This document shows positions 60,401 to 64,000 of a stretch of 64,000 bases of DNA, in pieces; within the stretch, counting starts at the first letter, position 1, and each line of letters starts with the position of its first letter. The translations under genes were made by a program, and so were the position numbers. The notes beneath the pieces are model-generated. The model did no database searches. It was not told where the DNA came from and saw only the letters and a list, made by a program, of their open reading frames with translations. This DNA is from Vicugna vicugna. Taxonomy: Eukaryota. The stretch covers positions 3,695,502-3,759,501 of the forward strand of contig MU058059.1 of assembly GCA_013265495.1 (NCBI GenBank), in the 5' to 3' direction.

Positions 60401-63400
60401 GTGCCTGCTTGGCTTAGCAACTAGCGGCACCAGGCTTGGGGGTCACCCAGCAGTTCCGCGTTTCCATGAACGCTCAGCTCAGTGGCGCAAGGGAATTGAC
60501 GGTTCTTCTAATGGGGAGACTTTCTTCTTCTCCCCTTCAGGGTACTGGGCAGCCGAGAGCCCAGCACGTGCAGCCTAGGGACAGCTCGATTGGAGAGGGA
60601 TGCTGGTCACTTGGAAAAAGCGTGATTTGGCTAAACACGTGGGCACGTAGAAGTATTAGTGTCCAGAGGGAGCAGGTGGGAGCCATTGGAGGGAAGAGAG
60701 GTGTGGGGTGAAAGGGGGGCTCCAAGGGCAGGAAAAGGGCAGCTAGGTCGCCAGCCAAGATCCCCTCCATCACGGTTGTCCCCATACTCACCCTGAGAAG
60801 ACTGTCCTGGGATCCTCAGACACACCGTGGGCTGCTGACGTGTCCACCCGCATTCGGCCCGCGGTGGTTCTCCTGCAGTCCAGCTCCGGCCTGGTCTGTA
60901 GTGAGTTTCTCCGCTGAGGACTGTGATCAGGGCATCCATGTGCCCGGTGCACCCCTAGGGCCTCCGCCTCTCCTGGCGTGGTTGAAGGTCAGCCAGAAAA
61001 GCCCGTCTTCATCCCAAGTAGGTTGTTTCTACACATAGCTGTCACTCCCCAGATTTGAATAATCAGCTTAATGGAACTGGGAAGCTGCAGATAAACTGAA
61101 TTTCTGCAGTAATGGAATTTCGGCTCCTAAAGCTTTCATTGTATGCGTATCAGTTTCTATTCCGTGATGCCAAATAGATTATCTTCAAAACTGGCACAGT
61201 GTTTTCTTTCTTTCCTCTTTTTTTTTTCAATTTGCTATACCATTAAGCATATTTCCATGAGATTGCTTTTACACATGCTTGGATTTTTAAAAGTTGCTTC
61301 TTCCTGTATTACCAGAAAATGGAAAGATTTTAGGGTAGTTCAGTGTAACCAGTGTTTGGATTTTCTCGGGCGTTGTAATGTTCCAGCCTCATAATTTCTG
61401 TGGACTCCAAGGAGAGGGAAGGGTGAGGAGCTGCTTGGGGAGCTTGGTGTGAGAAAATGAGGAGATTCTTTACAGTGGGAGGCAGTGAAGAGACCAGCTA
61501 GGTTATTTTGTCCACAGTGAGAGGGACCACTCCCAGGCATTTGTGGACTTTAGTCTGGTTCCATCCTAAATGACTCATCTAATGAGCTTTCCATAACCTG
61601 CCTTTGGAAGTGTCCGCAAACCTACAGGCTTTCCTGATTAGGAAACTCTTATTCTGATGAATTTTCCTGTGGGTCTGTGTCCTTAGCTGATGATCCCTGT
61701 TCATTCTGCCACGGTGCTTTTATCTCCCCAATATGACATTGGAAAACTTTTGATTGTGTCTCTCTGTCATGACTTTCTAACTGTTCTCATGCTCACCTCA
61801 AGACTCCTTCGACATGCTAATGGCTTCCCCCTCCCCGAAGGCTCGGGGCCTGTTTCAGAATTTAAGGTGATGGTGGCGAAGTTCATGGCCCAGTGTTAAC
61901 GCCTGAACGTGAATGAGAATTAGGTCAGTATAGTGTATCCCAGGGATGAAGGGTGTAGGGCCTGGAGTGTCTGTGGTCAGTGTGCAGTCTCTCTTGAGCC
62001 TTGTGACCTTGAGCATCTGCATGAGCTTCCCAGCCTCCGCCTCACTGTGAGATAGAGACAGCTGTGAGTGGAGGGCCAGCGCGGATATGACTGCAGGAGC
62101 GAGCCCTGGATGTTTGGGGTCTCGAATGTGATGTGAGGTAGACTTCCTCAGAGTCTGGGGTGTCGGCAAGCTTGCTTGCCATCCTCAGGGCTGCGCCATC
62201 TCCGAGGGGCGTGGTCTGCCTCTCCTGGTTGTCGATACCCGGGTGCCCCGAGCGGGGCTGGCACCTCTGCTAAGAGCCAGCAGCTCTCCCCGCATCATCT
62301 CATCATCCCTCTCCTCCGTGGCATCCAGGTGAGCAGGTGCACGGTCTCTGCTGGGCCACCCTGGAGGGCGGGGCTGCGCAGTGTTTTCAAGATGCCCCCC
62401 TCAGTGTGTGAGGACTAGATCGTTTCCTCGCTTCCACTCTGGGGTCTTGGCCCTGCTGGGGGTGGGAGAGCTGGCCTTCTGTCCTCTCTCACTGTTACCT
62501 TCTGCTTTCAGGCACCACTCTCGCAGCCCCAGCCTCAGTGCGGTGTGGGTCCCTTCATCAAAGCCTCACACTGACTGCTGTCACGCGCCTGGGCTGTAGG
62601 GTGCCAGCGCCCCTCTGCAGGGGGTATGCGGGGTCCGGGGGCACTGAGTGAGCCCACACCGCAGCTCCAACCCCTGTCTTCACATCAGTGGAAGCCTCTA
62701 CCCTGTATGGGTTCGGGAAGGGCAGGCTCCCCTAGGCCCCAGCAGCTACGAGCTCTCTGGCGGAGGCTCCTGGGCTCCCCACCAGCTCCCCGCCGCCCTC
62801 CACAGGTCTGTATTTGCAGAACGGTCCCTCCTCTGGGTCCACCAGTTCCATCACTTTCGTCTTACAGAGGATAACCGTCCTCGCCCTGTGTCGTTTGGGC
62901 GCTACTAACTCAAGAGTGTTGCCCTCCACCTGTTGCCGCAGATTTTTAGATTTTCCTGGTTGTGATGCAGATCAGCCAGCAAGAAACCCCTGAATCCAGG
63001 TGCAGCCTTCACCCCAGCTCTTCCTGGCCCGGCTCCTGGCTGTGATCCTTGATTACATTCCCGAGCTGCTCCCGATTCGGTCATCACTGAGTAAACTCAG
63101 TCTGGCACCATGAGTGAACGGTGTTTGGCTGTGTTTGGCTAAATCTGCCACTGTTTCCTGTGTAATGTGCCAGCTCTGTGCGGGTCCCATTATGGTCTGT
63201 GTTCTTCCCCGTTAACTAATGTTCATTCTTGCGAGAGGAGTCATGGTAACACCTCAGTCATCTAACCTGGCTAGGGTCCAGCTCCTAATGGAAATATATT
63301 AAGAGTATCCCTTTGTATCTGGAAAAGCAAACAAATGTGGGCTTTCTCGTATTAACCTCTCGAGGGACAGAAATTCACATCTGAAGGAACAAAGCACTCA

Positions 63401-63718
63401 AAATAGTCTCTAAAATAGAATGAGCTTCTAAGATGTTTCTCTCTTGGAGAGTCCCCTGTCCATCTGTCACATGGAAGCAGTTCTGTTGGTACAGAAATCC
63501 CGAATGTGACAAACGGGACCAGGTGAGAGCAGGCTTTCCCGTGAATGGTGACAGCAGTAGAGCTGGTGGAGCCAGAGGGAGTGAACCTTCTTCCGCAAAT
63601 CCCACCCTGTCCCAGCGGGGCCGGGGCTGAGGAGGAGGGCAGAGGGTCCAGGGGAAGGTGGAGGTGGGCCTCCTCCTCCCAGCCCGTCCTTTAGTCAGGA
63701 CAGGTTAGCTCTCGTCTA

Positions 63719-63739
63719 GTGTGTGTGTGTGTGTGTGTG
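63719..63739. repeat. (GT)10 microsatellite
   Basis: Directly visible dinucleotide run. Confidence 0.95.
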
Positions 63740-64000
63740 CACATGTGTCTGCACAGTTTAAAGGAAGTGTGGGGGCCCCACTCAGTTCTGTGAAATAACC
63801 AGAACTCTGGAGTGCAGAGCCACCAGGCGAGTGCCCCATGTGAGCCGTGGGCACAGCAGGGCGAGTGCGGGCATATGCCTCCTTCACTTGGAGATGTTAA
63901 CACGTGATATTTCTCATCCTTTATCTCAAACAGATGTCGATCCTGTGTACTTGATAAATACAAATCCATTTTTAAATGACCTAATTTGTGGCAGCCTGTT

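Noticed and set aside
63419-63522. Plus-strand exon ending CAG|GTGAGA
   Set aside because: The donor is good but there is no credible polypyrimidine acceptor upstream and no recognisable peptide.
1-64000. Processed pseudogene, NUMT, intact ERV or autonomous transposon
   Set aside because: By eye I found no mitochondrial-like, housekeeping-mRNA-like or gag/pol/env sequence. All transposon coding relics are short and broken.

Overview
Mammalian genomic DNA, GC-rich and almost entirely non-coding. It is most likely camelid (Camelus/Vicugna/Lama), inferred from four copies of a tRNA-Ala-derived SINE matching the camelid vic-1 type. The main landmark is a CpG-island promoter at about 20.7-21.8 kb with three GC boxes, a YY1 motif and an E-box. 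It probably starts a + strand gene with a non-coding first exon, whose introns and 5'UTR exons fill the rest of the window. I recognise no protein-coding exon of a known gene, so no gene symbol is assigned. The rest is ordinary interspersed repeats (old L1M fragments, L2, MIR, MaLR LTRs, hAT MITEs), a minisatellite, small tandem duplications and a 247-N assembly gap. Nearly all ORFs in the supplied track are chance ORFs (GC-rich DNA, GTG/TTG starts allowed); the few with real homology are decayed L1 ORF1/ORF2 and a Charlie transposase C-terminus. I find no convincing new biological system. The best leads are a possible unannotated spliced minus-strand gene or pseudogene at 2.3-7.6 kb, a possible divergent spliced lncRNA at 15.2-19.7 kb, an internal alternative promoter at 43.3-44.7 kb, and hints of GC-biased substitution. 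Repeat families were assigned by eye from remembered consensus sequences and their boundaries are approximate. Splice-site calls are weak, because GTRAGT alone is expected about 30 times per strand by chance.
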